From assembly GCA_032718475.1 (NCBI GenBank), contig JAUCBJ010006429.1:1-38484 (forward strand): a stretch of 38,484 nucleotides of DNA. The letters run 5' to 3'. This DNA is from Nemertoderma westbladi. Taxonomy: Eukaryota > Animalia > Xenacoelomorpha. The stretch's first letter is position 1. Each line of letters opens with the position of its first letter. A model generated the notes under the pieces. The model did no database searches, was not told where the DNA came from, and saw only the letters and a program-made list of their open reading frames with translations. Below, piece after piece: positions 9,144 to 21,920 of this stretch. A program made the position numbers and the translations under genes.

Positions 9144-12100
9144 CTTAGTAACATCCATATCAATGTGTGTTATAACGGCACGTCCCCATTGTCGATTGTT
9201 GCAACTCTTCGCCAAACAAGGTAAACCAACTTGTGGATCTTCCAGGCCTGGGAATTGCATTGGGTCATCCTCCATTGTCTTGGCTACTTCGATAGCAGTT
9301 GAGTGCTCAGCGATGAACTGTATATAGACCGCGTCAGGGAGAGGAACTGTTGAGATGTTAATACGAAACAAAGTCCCAATGGGTGGGACCTCAACAGGAC
9401 GAAAGGCCTGCACTAAGGCGGCCCACTCTAAGGTCAGATGCAAATGACCGGGATCAGAAAACCGGCAGAGTCCTTTAGATGGTTGAGCAATAGCTAAACC
9501 GAGCTGCAGTAAGACATCAGACAAACTGATACCAGCTGAGGGAAAATAAATATTGGCAATGTAAGGTTCGACACTGCGGTCCACGATATTGACATCAACA
9601 CAAGGGAACTGTTCAGTTACCAATTGATTCACCTTATTGTACTCATCCGCACTCCATGTGGAAATATTGTAATCCACATCGCATATTTTCATAGCAAAGC
9701 TTTGGACTGGTGGCTCCAACATTGCAAATTTATTTACATTATCGATGGAAACTTCTTCACAATTGCCGAAATCAACGAAGAATACGGTCATGGTTTCTGC
9801 TTTCACAGCAATGACAGTGGAGCGATACCACACATTATCCGTATACTTTGCAGTGCATGGGTCACCCACCGAGAATTCACTTGTGCCGAATACTCCATTT
9901 GTATAGTCTCTTTTTATTTCTTCTTGCAAATTTTTATTAATAGCATATAGCACAGTATCGTGTGCAAGAAGGTGTCCATAGACAAATCCAGTTGATTTAT
10001 CTATGTGAGTGATACCCATCTTCAAAATTCCAGAATCAGGTACAACGCAAGGTAGATATTGGCGCCGGACATGCGGCGATTCATCACTGATACCATAAGA
10101 CGCGCGCAGATTGAGTTGACTGAGGTCTTTCTCAAGGGATGAGCGTGAGGGCATGTTACTTTCTGAATCATTATTCAACATATTTGCCTTTGGCAAGGGA
10201 GAGTTAGCTGATTTAGGAATCACATTTGAAGAAGGGCAGTCAGACAGAAGCTTAGAAGCATTTTCCAAAGAATTAATGTTATAGGTTTTTTCTGATCCGC
10301 GCAAGCGAGCCACGCTCTCGGCTGTGACTAATCGCATTCCCTGATATCTAACTGAGGGTTGCGTATTGGTCTTATTCGGCAGCCCCTTCCCTTGGATTAT
10401 CAATTCCTTGCTGACGTCAATTAATCCTGATCCTTGATTATCACAAACACTTGAACTCGGATTCTCGTAGAGCCATTCCACTGACAATGAGTCCAATCCC
10501 CGATCACTAACCTCATTATTATCTAGTATTTTGATGTACGACCAGTTTTTCGATGCTAAATTGTCTACGAACTCACACACAGAATCCGGCCATCTACCAG
10601 ACCCTCCGGGAGGCACTACTCCTGACAGATGACACCGAACTGCATATGGAGGTATACTCCGGAACTTATCTGGCAACATTCGAATATCAAATTGAGATAT
10701 TGAGTATACATTTCCATAATCGAAGTAGAATACATCCACTAAATCTGTATCATGCACGTTAATCACCTGCGCTCTGCACCATTCATTGTGATGGGGGAAA
10801 TGGGCGCAACAGATGTCACCTCGTTTCCAGGTTGTCTGTAGAATAGGTTTACGAGCATCTTTGAATAGTCGAGTCAAATGTTGAAGCATCTCAAGAAATC
10901 CAGTATCGTAAGTCTTAGCATTCTGGACGTAAAACTCCCAAGGTGATATTACAGAGACAACACTAACAGCCAGGCATGGTAACATCAAGTTTATTGTACG
11001 AGGGCCATTGGAGGTACGTACCACCACAGAAGAGTCCTGGTCAGGGGAGCATTCAGCTGTGCCTAAAACTGTAGCTCCAGGCAATATTTCCCCCACTTTT
11101 GGGGCTGCTAAACCCTCCAATACGAGCACACTATTCAAACATATATACTTATTCATCTTATCCCTGAAAACACAGACAGGAAACACTTCATCCTCTTTAC
11201 AATCAAGAACAGTTTTCATAATGGTGAAGTCGAGTTTCACTGTGTCAGATGTCAAGTCAAGGAAATAATCTACTGCATTCTGACTAAAACTGTTTCCTTC
11301 TAGAGGTTGTACCCCATAAAAGCTGCACCGAATGGCAAATATGTGGTCTTTCAAAAATCGGTCAGGGATCTTTTGTATTTCTGTAACATTGAGAAGCATT
11401 TCATTCCCGTAGTCTACAAATAAAACATTGACATTTCGCTCAGGGAGCAATCGCGTTATTCTAGCACGATACCATTTTCCATCATTAGTGTACAATGCCA
11501 TACATGGCATACCAACACAAGGGCAATGAATCCGCCAAGCTGGATTTCCAACGGCTTTATATTCACTATGGATCTCATTAGCCAACATCGCAATTCGCGG
11601 TAGTTCTGAAACAAGTTGAAAAACCAACAATGACAGGTCATCGTAATGGCATATTCTTCCATGTAGAACTTCTTTCAACTTCAGAGCTGGACGTTTAAAG
11701 AATTTCCTAGCTGACCTGCCAAATGTGGATTCATTTTTTTGTATAGGCCGCCGTACACTATTATTGTCAGGGCGCGCTAATTCCATAAAAATCAAATAGT
11801 CCCGAAGTGAGAATGGTGGCTCAGATATTCCACCAGTATCATCTTGTGGAATAAACAGATTTACATACAAAAGGTCATTAATATCATTGGGTTGCTCATC
11901 CTTGAAATAGGTTGACATATATATCATTTTATTATTACATATTTCAGTTATGGCAGCCTTTGATTCATGACTGTAATACGGACCAGACTGGTTTTCCATA
12001 TCGGGTTTAATGTTAATCAATGAACATCTAAAGCAAAATCGATCATAAACAAAGAACTGATCGGGAAGTTGTCGTAGTCTACGGAGAGGTTCCCAAGCAA

Positions 12101-13265
12101 TAATACCGTAATCAATTAGGTGGACAGGAGCTAAAACATTGTTCGAAATGTCTGGAAATTCACCAATTGCATTCGCTGATGCTTCGCCAAACATACCTCG
12201 AGCCCATTTCTTATCTCCATGTGGGGCCAAACACAATGTACCAAAGCGTTTTGGCACTTTAATCAACATATTTGTATCTGGGGGGCCCCCATCATAGGAT
12301 GGGATGGATATTGCTAAGCCTTTATTGCAGAAATCATTTAAAGCGACCTCCATTTTTCGTAGTTGATTCAAATCTGAGCACTTCTGCACATATATTTCTG
12401 ATGGGTCAATTGCACGCAGAACTACAACCTTTTCCATACCATCAGGTGTTCTGCGTTTTGGCAAATCAAAATTATCATGTTTTCTGGTTTCTATAACATT
12501 TTTATTTAGCTTTTCCCCAATGCTTCTCCCATAATCCTGAGTAGTTGTGTTCAGTAAACTAGTAGATATACCAGATAGATTCATATTTTGTTTCGGCCGA
12601 TCGCTTATCAAAACAGCTTGTCCTTGAGGGGTATTACTGGCAACCTGATGGGAGAATAGATCAACCTTAGAAACTCTGATATCTCTTTCTTTGTCAGGGG
12701 AATTCTGGAGAGAAGATCCACTAACATCATCTGGCATAATCCCAACCCGAGAATCCCTGGGCGTAGACGAGTCATCTCGAAAACTATTAGGCAACTCGAG
12801 GACATCAGAGTGAGGACTGCCCATTGTGGACCCACTCCATTTGCTATCAGAGCTACATGTATCAACAGAAATATCACCATTAGTTATGTGTTTAATGGGT
12901 AGGTTAATACTTGCTGCTACAGCATCATGTGCAGAAAGGCTCTTATACTTGGGAATACTATTAACACCCAATGATATTACATTATTTATCTTATCAATGA
13001 CGGAGCAGTCTTCTTTTATCTCACAAATAGCACTGGTAGCATCATCATTTTTGACGTAGCAAATAATATCATGTACTAACGACAGTTTGTTAGTCGTATT
13101 TAATGTGACCTTGTGGTTATCCTTACGAAAATCATCTTCTATTTCGGTGACGATATTCGAAATTCTCTTTAAACTGCATTGTATGTCTTCATACATTCCG
13201 TTGGTTTCCATTTTAACAATGTAATGAAATGCTTCCAGTGATTCGGTGAATTTTATTTCACTTTC
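9144..13265 (-). CDS. RNF17: RNF17/TDRD4/Qin-like multi-Tudor protein, paralog A, 4122-nt exon
   Basis: Four complete extended Tudor domains (e.g. CMALYTNDGKWYRA...VLFVDYGN, CTAKYTDNVWYRS...VFFVDFGN) plus the start of a fifth. PFSLRDYLIFMELA resembles the RNF17 post-Tudor-1 motif SLRDALVFMELA (from recall). Acceptor ttttctag at 13266-13267, donor AAG|GTATAT at 9143. No RING/B-box exons identified. Confidence 0.85.
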
Positions 13266-13537
13266 CTAGAAAAATATACATATTAACACGTAATGGAGAA
13301 AAAATAGATAACAAAATCTGTGACAAATATTAACTATATAATATATTCGATATAATTAAGTTCTTAGATAAAGAGGTGGGCGGGGCATTTACATCGTGAT
13401 AGTTTAATAATAATTACCAAAATACATAATAATAAATAATAATTAGGGTAAGTGTTAGGGGTCTTGCCTGGCAGTATGAGTTATATAGCGTATGTCAGCT
13501 ACTCTTGTTGGTTTTGCCTACAGTGTAAAATAAAGTT

Positions 13538-15592
13538 TAATCTTATTTAACTCTGTAACCCCTAATAATATTATTTAATACTTTAAGTGTACTGTAACCC
13601 CGAATAATCATATTTAACACTGAATAATCTTATATAAAACAGTAACCCATAATAACCTTATTTGACATTAAACCCCTAATAATCTTATATAACACTGTAA
13701 CCCATAATAACCTTATTTGACATTAGATCCCTAATAATCTTATTTAACACGGTAACTCCTAATAATCTTATTTAACACTGTAACCCCTAATAATCTTATA
13801 ACACTGTAACCCCTAATAATCTTATTTAACACTGTAACTCCTAATAATCTTATTTAACACTGTAATCCCTAATAATCTTATAACACTGTAACCCCTAATA
13901 ATCTTATTTAACACTGTAACTCCTAATAATCGTATAACACTGTAAGCCCTAATAGTCTTATTTACCACTGTAATAATCGTATTTAACACTGTAACCCCTA
14001 ATAATCTTATTTAACACTGTAATCCCTAATAATCTTATTTAACACTGTAACCCCTAATAATCTTATTTAATACTGTAATCCCTAATAATCTTATTTAACA
14101 CTGTAACCCCTAATAATCTTATTTAACACTGTAACCCCTAATAATCTTATTTAACACTGTAACCCCTAATAATCTTATTTAACACTGTAACCCCTAATAA
14201 TATTATTTAACACTGTAACCCCTAATAATCTTATAACATTGTAAGCCCTAATAGTCTTATTTACCACTGTAATAATCGTATTTAACACTGTAACCCCTAA
14301 TAATCTTATTTAACACTGTAACCCCTAATAATCTTATTTAACACTGTAAGCCCTAATAGTCTTATTTACCACTGTAATAATCGTATTTAACACTGTAACC
14401 CCTAATAATCTTATAACACTGTAACCCCTAATAATCTTATTTAACACTGTAACCCCTAATAATCTTATTTAACACTGTAACCCTTAATAATCTTATAACA
14501 CTGTAACCCCTAATAATCTTATTTAACACTGTAACTCCTAATAATCGTATAACACTGTAAGCCCTAATAGTCTTATTTACCACTGTAATAATCGTATTTA
14601 ACACTGTAACCCCTAATAATCTTATTTAACACTGTAATCCCTAATAATCTTATTTAACACTGTAACCCCTAATAATCTTATTTAACACTGTAATCCCTAA
14701 TAATCTTATTTAACACTGTAACCCCTAATAATCTTATTTAACACTGTAACCCCTAATAATCTTATTTAACACTGTAACCCCTAATAATCTTATTTAACAC
14801 TGTAACCCCTAATAATATTATTTAACACTGTAACCCCTAATAATCTTATAACATTGTAAGCCCTAATAGTCTTATTTACCACTGTAATAATCGTATTTAA
14901 CACTGTAACCCCTAATAATCTTATTTAACACTGTAACCCCTAATAATCTTATTTAACACTGTAAGCCCTAATAGTCTTATTTACCACTGTAATAATCGTA
15001 TTTAACACTGTAACCCCTAATAATCTTATAACACTGTAACCCCTAATAATCTTATTTAACACTGTAACCCCTAATAATCTTATTTAACACTGTAACCCTT
15101 AATAATCTTATTTAACACTGTAAGCCATAATAACCTTATTTAACACTGAAACCCCTAATAATCTTATTTAACACTGTAACCCCTAATAATCTTATTTAAC
15201 ACTGTAAGCCCTAATAGTCTTATTTACCACTGTAATAATCGTATTTAACACTGTAACCCCTAATAATCTTATAACACTGTAACCCCTAATAATCTTATTT
15301 AACACTGTAACCCTTAATAATCTTATTTAACACTGTAAGCCATAATAACCTTATTTAACACTGAAACCCCTAATAATCTTATTTACCACTGTAACCCTTA
15401 ATAATCTTATTTACCACTGTAACCCTTAATAATCTTATTTAACACTGTAACCCCTAATAATCTTATTTAACACTGTAACCCCTAATAATCTTATTTAACA
15501 CTGTAACCCTTAATAATCTTATTTAACACTGTAAGCCATAATACCCATACTTAACACTGAAACCCCTAATAATCTTATTTACCACTGTAACC
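13538..15592. repeat. 28-bp minisatellite AACACTGTAACCCCTAATAATCTTATTT (~75 units) with a 615-bp internal duplication
   Basis: Directly visible. Variant markers at 13921/14536 and 14231/14846 are both offset by 615 bp. Confidence 0.97.
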
Positions 15593-15762
15593 AAACCTCT
15601 AATACGAGTGTGACATAACAAAGCCCCGTAGGGCGAAAGGTGCACATACATATAACTCATCTTTTAAGTCAACGTTTACATAATTAGACCTATTTATGTG
15701 CAATATAAATTGTACATAATTATGGATAGTGTTAAATTAGTGCATGTTTTTATCAGAAAAGA

Positions 15763-16231
15763 GGGCAATTCATGAAGCGATGCTAAGTTGTACCGAACTA
15801 AGTCCAAAGTTCGGAGCCAAATATTTAGCACTGTCGCTAGAGCACCAAGTTAGAATGGTATTCATAAAATCTGATAGTCCCGGTACCCCAGCTAACACCG
15901 GCGGACTAAATATTCGTCACCGGTCACCGTAAGCGTCACCGGTACAAATAATACGTTCAGTTACTCGTTGTAACGGTAGGGGAAGGGTGGGGGGTTGAGC
16001 TTCACCTTTTTTTACCTGATAGCGGTCAGCTGAATGGGTACCGTCCTTACGTAGGCCTACAAACTATCACTAAATTTAGCATTGGTTCAGATCAGTGCTA
16101 AATGTTCGGTACTAAACTGGATATTTTGTACCGGTACTATCTTATCGATTACTTGATGAATACCGGCGGTACCTAGAGAACTTAGTAACGAGCTAAAGTT
16201 AGCTCGGTACCATAATGTTCATGAATACGGC
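15763..16231. mobile_element. MITE-like element with imperfect terminal inverted repeats
   Basis: Left GGGCAATTCATGAA...GTACCGAACTAA; right end reverse-complemented GCCGTATTCATGAA...GTACCGAGCTAA. Internal GGTATTCATAAA (15857)/ATGAATACC pair. Confidence 0.45.
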
Positions 16232-16958
16232 ACAAGATAAATTAACAAATTTAATTATGCATATCAATCAATTAATTGAAATTAAAGATTTGAAACGAAT
16301 CAATTAATTGTAATTGCGAATTTACGAAATCAAATCTATTCAATTAATTGCAAATTATTTTAAAAAAGTTAAAGATATAATATTTACATAATTTCTTTAT
16401 TATATGACTATCTGCCAGGTATCTCGCTCAAACTAGCGGTACCGGTAACAAAATATCTGAACTGAACCCCTGATGCTGTGGTAGGCAGATAATTTATTTT
16501 ACATTGTGTTTGTGCATTGTAGCAAGTAATGTACAGTAGCTACAGTTTAAAACTGTAAAGTATTACTGATGCTTTCTCTAAGGCTAACTTTCTACTATAG
16601 AATTGCAGAATTGATACAAAAGAATGGACAATTGGTTGGAATGGACGATGGGGGCAATTAATTGGATTGGACCCTTCTCGCCGCGATATTGAGACCCTTA
16701 TACCATGATAACTGGCTTACCGATAACGTAATAGAAGTTGTAATCCGTTCTTGCTGTCTTCTTCATGAAGGTCCTGCTAGAATTTTCAACATCACTTCCT
16801 GGAGATATTCCAGTCTGGGGATTTTAAGAGTAGAAAACAGCTCAGTAGGGGTTGTTAAGACCCCATGCTTGAAAACGAATTAATTTTCTTCCGAATCAAC
16901 ATCAGTAATTGCCACTGAACATTATTAGCAGCTTGGCCAAAGAATCTAACATGCCCTG

Positions 16959-16983
16959 CCCCCCCCCCCCCCCCCCCCCCCCC
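16959..16983 (+). repeat. Poly-C tract (25 nt)
   Basis: Directly visible. Confidence 0.9.
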
Positions 16984-17199
16984 AATTAAGTGTGTCCATC
17001 GATCAAGCATGTCCAATTTAACGCGCAACAATAATGCGGGGTATACATTTGCAGGCTTGCGAAATGGTCCTGGAGGGCTGCCAAATGTAAGTCGTGGAAG
17101 ATAACGATTCCTCTTATCAGTATTTTTCGCTCACTAACATATTTGGAGATATCCACGGGAGCTAGCCTGGTTAGATCTGGTTCACCACTGACACACCTT

Positions 17200-18897
17200 G
17201 AAAATATACCTGCTGATATCTTTACCTCAACCCCACCATGACTTACCCAGGACTGCCACCTTACATACCCCTTACTCAGCAACCACCATCCAGCCACCCG
17301 TTCAGCCCAAGCTCCCGCCCTCTATCTTCACCCAACCCTCACACTCCCACCCCCCCCCCCATTCCCCTCCACCATCAAAATGTTACAGCCTCTGGGATAG
17401 ACCGCCTGAGAGTCAGTGACCTTAAGCTCCACCTCCTCCTCCATTGGCAGGGAACAAGGCTACATTAAAGGCCCGACTCATTGAGGCCACAATTCGTTCA
17501 CCTGACATGGTTTCTCAACCTCAAAACCGCATTAGAAGCGATGCTATACGCCCATTGGATCCACCCACTCCGAATGCACCTCCCATAGACCCCTCTACCT
17601 TCCACCTCTACTCTACCTACCATCCATCAAATGCATTCGGCATGCAAAAATACCACATTCCCAAGGCATGCCGAGATCTCTGGTCTGGCGCGGTGGGCAA
17701 CGTATTTGAATCCATCTCGCGTGATCCTCTCAATCCTGACCTCTGGGTTCTTGTTTTCCTTCTGGCTCATTGTATATTGGCAAACCCCAAAAGGGCAGGT
17801 CGCTCCCACTGGAAGGACACTGAGAAAGCAGTGAAATCTCGGCTCCGAAAATGGCTCAGCGGAGACATACTTGCCCTATGGGAAGATACGTTCTCTAACC
17901 TCTCCACAGCCAGGAAACCAAAACGGCCCACAGTTTAATACCATGTCACAGGATGCCCTGTTCGACCTGGTAGGTGGTTCTCTATCAACCGGGTCAGCGA
18001 TAAGGCCTGTCTCCCTACCTCCATGGGGGAATTGGTCTGCATAGGGCAGCTGGTCATGCCCCCGCAGCCTACATACATTGCTTCAGTCAGTCAAACCGAA
18101 CCACTGGTGTCACAAATCCTGCATCACCCCCCTTTTAACCCCCATATCACCTCAGCCCTTGCTTCTCTAGCAAAGAACGCTAAAGAACCGGATTGGACCT
18201 CTTTGGAAGCCCTCCACATCCCCTATCACCCATCAAAAACTCTCATTCTATTGACCTAGCTTTATATGAGGACCTCCTTTCCTCTACCCCCGACACTAGG
18301 TCAAACGCCCTAGCCAACTCGACCTCTCTGCCACACTCTGGAGACTGGCTCCACACCGTTCGTTTTCAGAACTTAGGTCTTCACTTCCTCGATGCCGAGT
18401 TTCGGTACTCAGTGTGCTACTGGCTTGGTATGTGTATGAGCTCCACTGCATCCCCTTGCCCCATTTGCGCCTCGACCTCAGACAGACCCCTACCACGGAG
18501 ATCACCATGTTGGATGCAGTGGTGAGGGGGACCGGATTGCCCGTCACAACTCACTCCGGAACGCTGGATTATTAGCTGCCCAATCAGCAGCCTTAGCGCC
18601 CCGGAGTGAAGTGCCTGGCCTCATCCCAGGTTCCCACAGCCGCCCTGCTGACATTTTCATGCCTAACTGGCATCATGGTCATTCAGTGGCCCTAGATGTT
18701 ACAGTGATCCGTAACTGTAGATGGTGCTGCTGCTGATGCAGGCCACACTCAAATCATTGCCAGAGACCGCAAGCTTGCTGCTCACTTGGATGAGTGCATG
18801 AAATCCGGAGTTGGCTTCACCCTGCTTATTGTTGAAGCCCAGGGGGGATGGGATTCCCACTCATCCTCCACCATCCGTGAGATTGCCACCCCGCAAC
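17200..18897 (+). mobile_element. Degenerate CRE-clade non-LTR retrotransposon (restriction-like endonuclease type) with RT internally deleted
   Basis: Frameshifted pieces in order: Pro-rich N-terminus, SAP-like motif, HIPKACRDLW...LWVLVFLLAHCILANPKRAG (pre-RT), KACLPTSMG...AAY..AS (post-RT), HSGDWL..LGLHF..EFRYSV..WLG, CPIC..D..GDHHVGC (zinc knuckle), RHNSLRN, EVPGL..RPADIF..W..G..VALDVTV (PD-(D/E)xK nuclease), VEAQGGW. 5' boundary approximate; 3' end truncated. Confidence 0.8.
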
Positions 18898-20065
18898 AAT
18901 TCATTTATTATTATAAAATATAATTTCCTACTTTGATTTTTAGCCTGTCTGGCGTTTTGATTAAAATATTACCGGTATTATAATTAAAATTAATAACATA
19001 TTTATCTAATTTATATTAATTAGTTCGGGGACGGGGCCGGTCTGCGAGGTGCGGGGCTGGCAGACCAGTTCTGAGTCGCTTTGTGTGGTGATGGGTATTT
19101 GTATTTTTAATTTGTGTAACGGTCTAATATATATATATATATATATATTGTGTTTAAATATATAGAACACGCGTATAAAAAAAAAAAAAAAAAAATTTAT
19201 ATTAATTGCATCCATCCCAATAAATTATCAAATTTTTTAAATTACCAATCAATTTATTGGGGTCAATTTGATTGTAATTAATTGTAGTCCAATTAATTTT
19301 TGATAACCCTTGGAGCCATGGTCTATCTAAATGATTACTTGTAGCGCTGTTGTAGTGGTCCATGTAATTTAATGTATGTAGCAGTTAGCTGGGATGCTAC
19401 AAAAGCACTCTAATTGCTTCTCTTTATAAGGTAATTATCAGATCATTATATCGGGTATTTTTAGAACCAGTCGACCTCACCACAATTGTTAATGGTTGAC
19501 GCCGACGTACAGTATACAACTCTATTCTGTTCATATTCCAAGAAAGCCAAACTTCCAATCAACGAAAGGGCTATAGTATTTTAGATATAATGGCCTGCTT
19601 GTTTCACTTTTCATTGTATTGTAGGTAGTGTATACGCCTGTCAGCACTGATAATGCTGCAGTAAAGAATACTAGCAATAATTTTTGCAGAATCACAACTT
19701 TTTACAGAAACGTGACTTTTTTAGCCGAATCGCAACTGCTACTGCCGTAATTGTTATCCGCTCAACTTCAATTCATTTATTGTAGCAGAATAAAGTGCGG
19801 GAAATAAAATAATTAAACTAAAAAAAATAATAAAACAATAATAAAAAAAAAAATAATATAAATATTCCCCCGAAAATTTAAATTGACTTTTGTGATTTTT
19901 AGAACGTTGTAGTGTTAGTCAACCATTGAAACAAAAAATAACAATTTGAACGGAGAAAAATGTATATAATTCAAAATTAACCTACTGTGTATATTGTATA
20001 GTTTTTATATACCAATATCGCACAAATAAAACCGACTAAATTTAATAGAACAATTTATATTTGAG

Positions 20066-20193
20066 TTATAATGGGGTTCTAATCTCATCCAATCGAACCA
20101 GCGGAAGTTGACCTGATTGAACTAGAGTCACAAGGATTTGTTTACCCAATAACTCTTCCTTGCATAAGTTCACAGCCTCCAGCGATTCAAAAT
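20066..20193 (-). CDS. RNF17: RNF17/Qin-like Tudor paralog B, last coding exon
   Basis: Acceptor attttag (20194-20195), phase 1. Reads (D)FESLEAVNLCKEELLGKQILVTLVQSGQLPLVRLDEIRTPL*, homologous in position to the last exon of paralog A (SLEAVNL vs SEEALRL). Confidence 0.75.
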
Positions 20194-21111
20194 CTAAAAT
20201 AAACAAACATAATAATACAGTCAATAATAAATATCAATAATTAGAGGCATAATGTAGGCTCGTCCTGAGGGCCGAGAGGAGACAATGTGAAGTAAAGAAA
20301 TATGATTTATTTTCTCATTGATGTGTAACCTAAGTTTCATGAATAAATATTGCATATTCACTTTATTCAGTTCTACAAACACAGATTGATGGAAGCGAAA
20401 CAACAATAACTATTTACATCATTGCGTGAATTGTGAAATTTAGCACTTTTCAGCGTTATGAACCGAATATATTTATGAGGCGGCGTTATTGGGCCCTTTA
20501 ATTTTGTTACAATATGTCAACTTTATCAGTGTTCTGGTAATATCCTCGTAACGCGGCAAAGTAATCACTAACTTATTTAACAATTACATCCAGAACAGGT
20601 CTTGAGTATTCTCAATTATTGATGATAGCCGAGCCATTGTAGGCTAAGTGCAAGATTATCAAGGCGTGCGTCCTAACTAAACACGTTTGCTAAACACGTT
20701 TTTTCCGAATATATTTGGGATGTTTGACATCTTTAAATAAAAAGGATGACAGAATTTTCGAAGACAATCTTGAGGAACTTGTTGTCCTACTTTAGCGGAA
20801 TTCCTATCGCCTCTGCTTTGACTTGCAAAATTTATGCTGTTACAACTTACAACCTTTTTCTGTGAAGTTACCTAACAACTTGTTATAAAGCAATAAAATA
20901 GCTCCATTATCAGAGAGTTATTAGCAATTATTGGGCAAAAATAGGTTATTTGTCAGCATGAAGATGAAATTTAATGTATTTTTTTTTATTGCTAATATCT
21001 TTGGTTTTTTGCTAGATTAACAACATAATTAGAGTATTTAACTAATTTGAATCAATGCAATTAAGTACCTACACCTTAACATTGGCCCCAACACAAAACC
21101 CGAATAATAAT

Positions 21112-21136
21112 GGGGGGGGGGGGGGGGGGGGGGGGG
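21112..21136 (+). repeat. Poly-G tract (25 nt), intronic
   Basis: Directly visible. Confidence 0.9.
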
Positions 21137-21286
21137 CTGCTGCAGTCTGAGGCACTTTTTTTAAACGATAATAAAATTCTGACTCACCCAGTAAACAGTT
21201 GGGAGTTAAAGTTTCATATTTCATGGGATCTCTTTGGTGTTAAAGTATACTATATAGTTATCATTAACTATAATTTATTGCATTAC

Positions 21287-21467
21287 CTGTCAAGACAACA
21301 CTTGAATTGATTAGCGACTCCTTTGGCTTGATACCTTTCAGTATTGCATCAGGATTCTCTATTTGACATAACTGCACAGTTAGTGGGGCACTACTCAGCC
21401 CCTCGGGTAGTGAACGTAGATTCCCTATATTCATCAATTCGGCGAACCCTAAGTCGACGAAAAACAC
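21287..21467 (-). CDS. RNF17: RNF17/Qin-like Tudor paralog B, penultimate exon
   Basis: Acceptor ggttcag (21468-21469) and donor ACAG|GTAATG (21286); 181 nt, phase 0 to 1. Reads VFFVDLGFAELMNIGNLRSLPEGL..., completing Tudor 5. Confidence 0.85.
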
Positions 21468-21920
21468 CTGAACCAAAAATAATAAAGTATTAATATAGTG
21501 CGTCACCACATTAATAGAAAAGTGTACTAAATTATGACACTATATTACACGACTTCGTGTATACATACATAGTACATACTGTGGGTAGCAAGCAGTGGCT
21601 GGCATTATTTAAGTAATCTGAGTAATCTGAACATAAGTAATAAACTGTAATATCTCGCAAAATTGCAGAAAATATATTTTTTCTTAAATTATTCGAAATA
21701 ATTTCTTAGAATTCCCTTAAAAAAAGTGCATTATTTACTTTCATAGTTACGGGTCGGCCTGTCATAGTTACGGAGTATGTGGGAACGCTGCAAAGAATGA
21801 ATTTAACATTTACCGTACACGTAGGTATTCAGTTACTCGCATAAATACATATGATTTCCATCAATTAGTTATGATGTATCGATTTATGCTTGAGATACTG
21901 AATTAATTTATTAAACTTAC

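Noticed and set aside
19025-19096. GC-rich hairpin GGTCTGC...GCAGACC as a possible HDV ribozyme
   Set aside because: Only 14 nt lie between the P1 strands and no P3 pairing is possible on either strand.
19338-19410. Candidate upstream coiled-coil exon of paralog A (minus strand, QLTATYIKLHGPLQQR)
   Set aside because: It resembles a B-box C-terminal coiled coil, but the available GT donor is not in phase with the 13265 acceptor.
9114-21920. ORF-track C-termini VYSLSINLI* (paralog A) and VSLIN* (paralog B) as true protein ends
   Set aside because: Both are read-through into introns after AAG|GT donors; Tudor 5 continues in the downstream exons.
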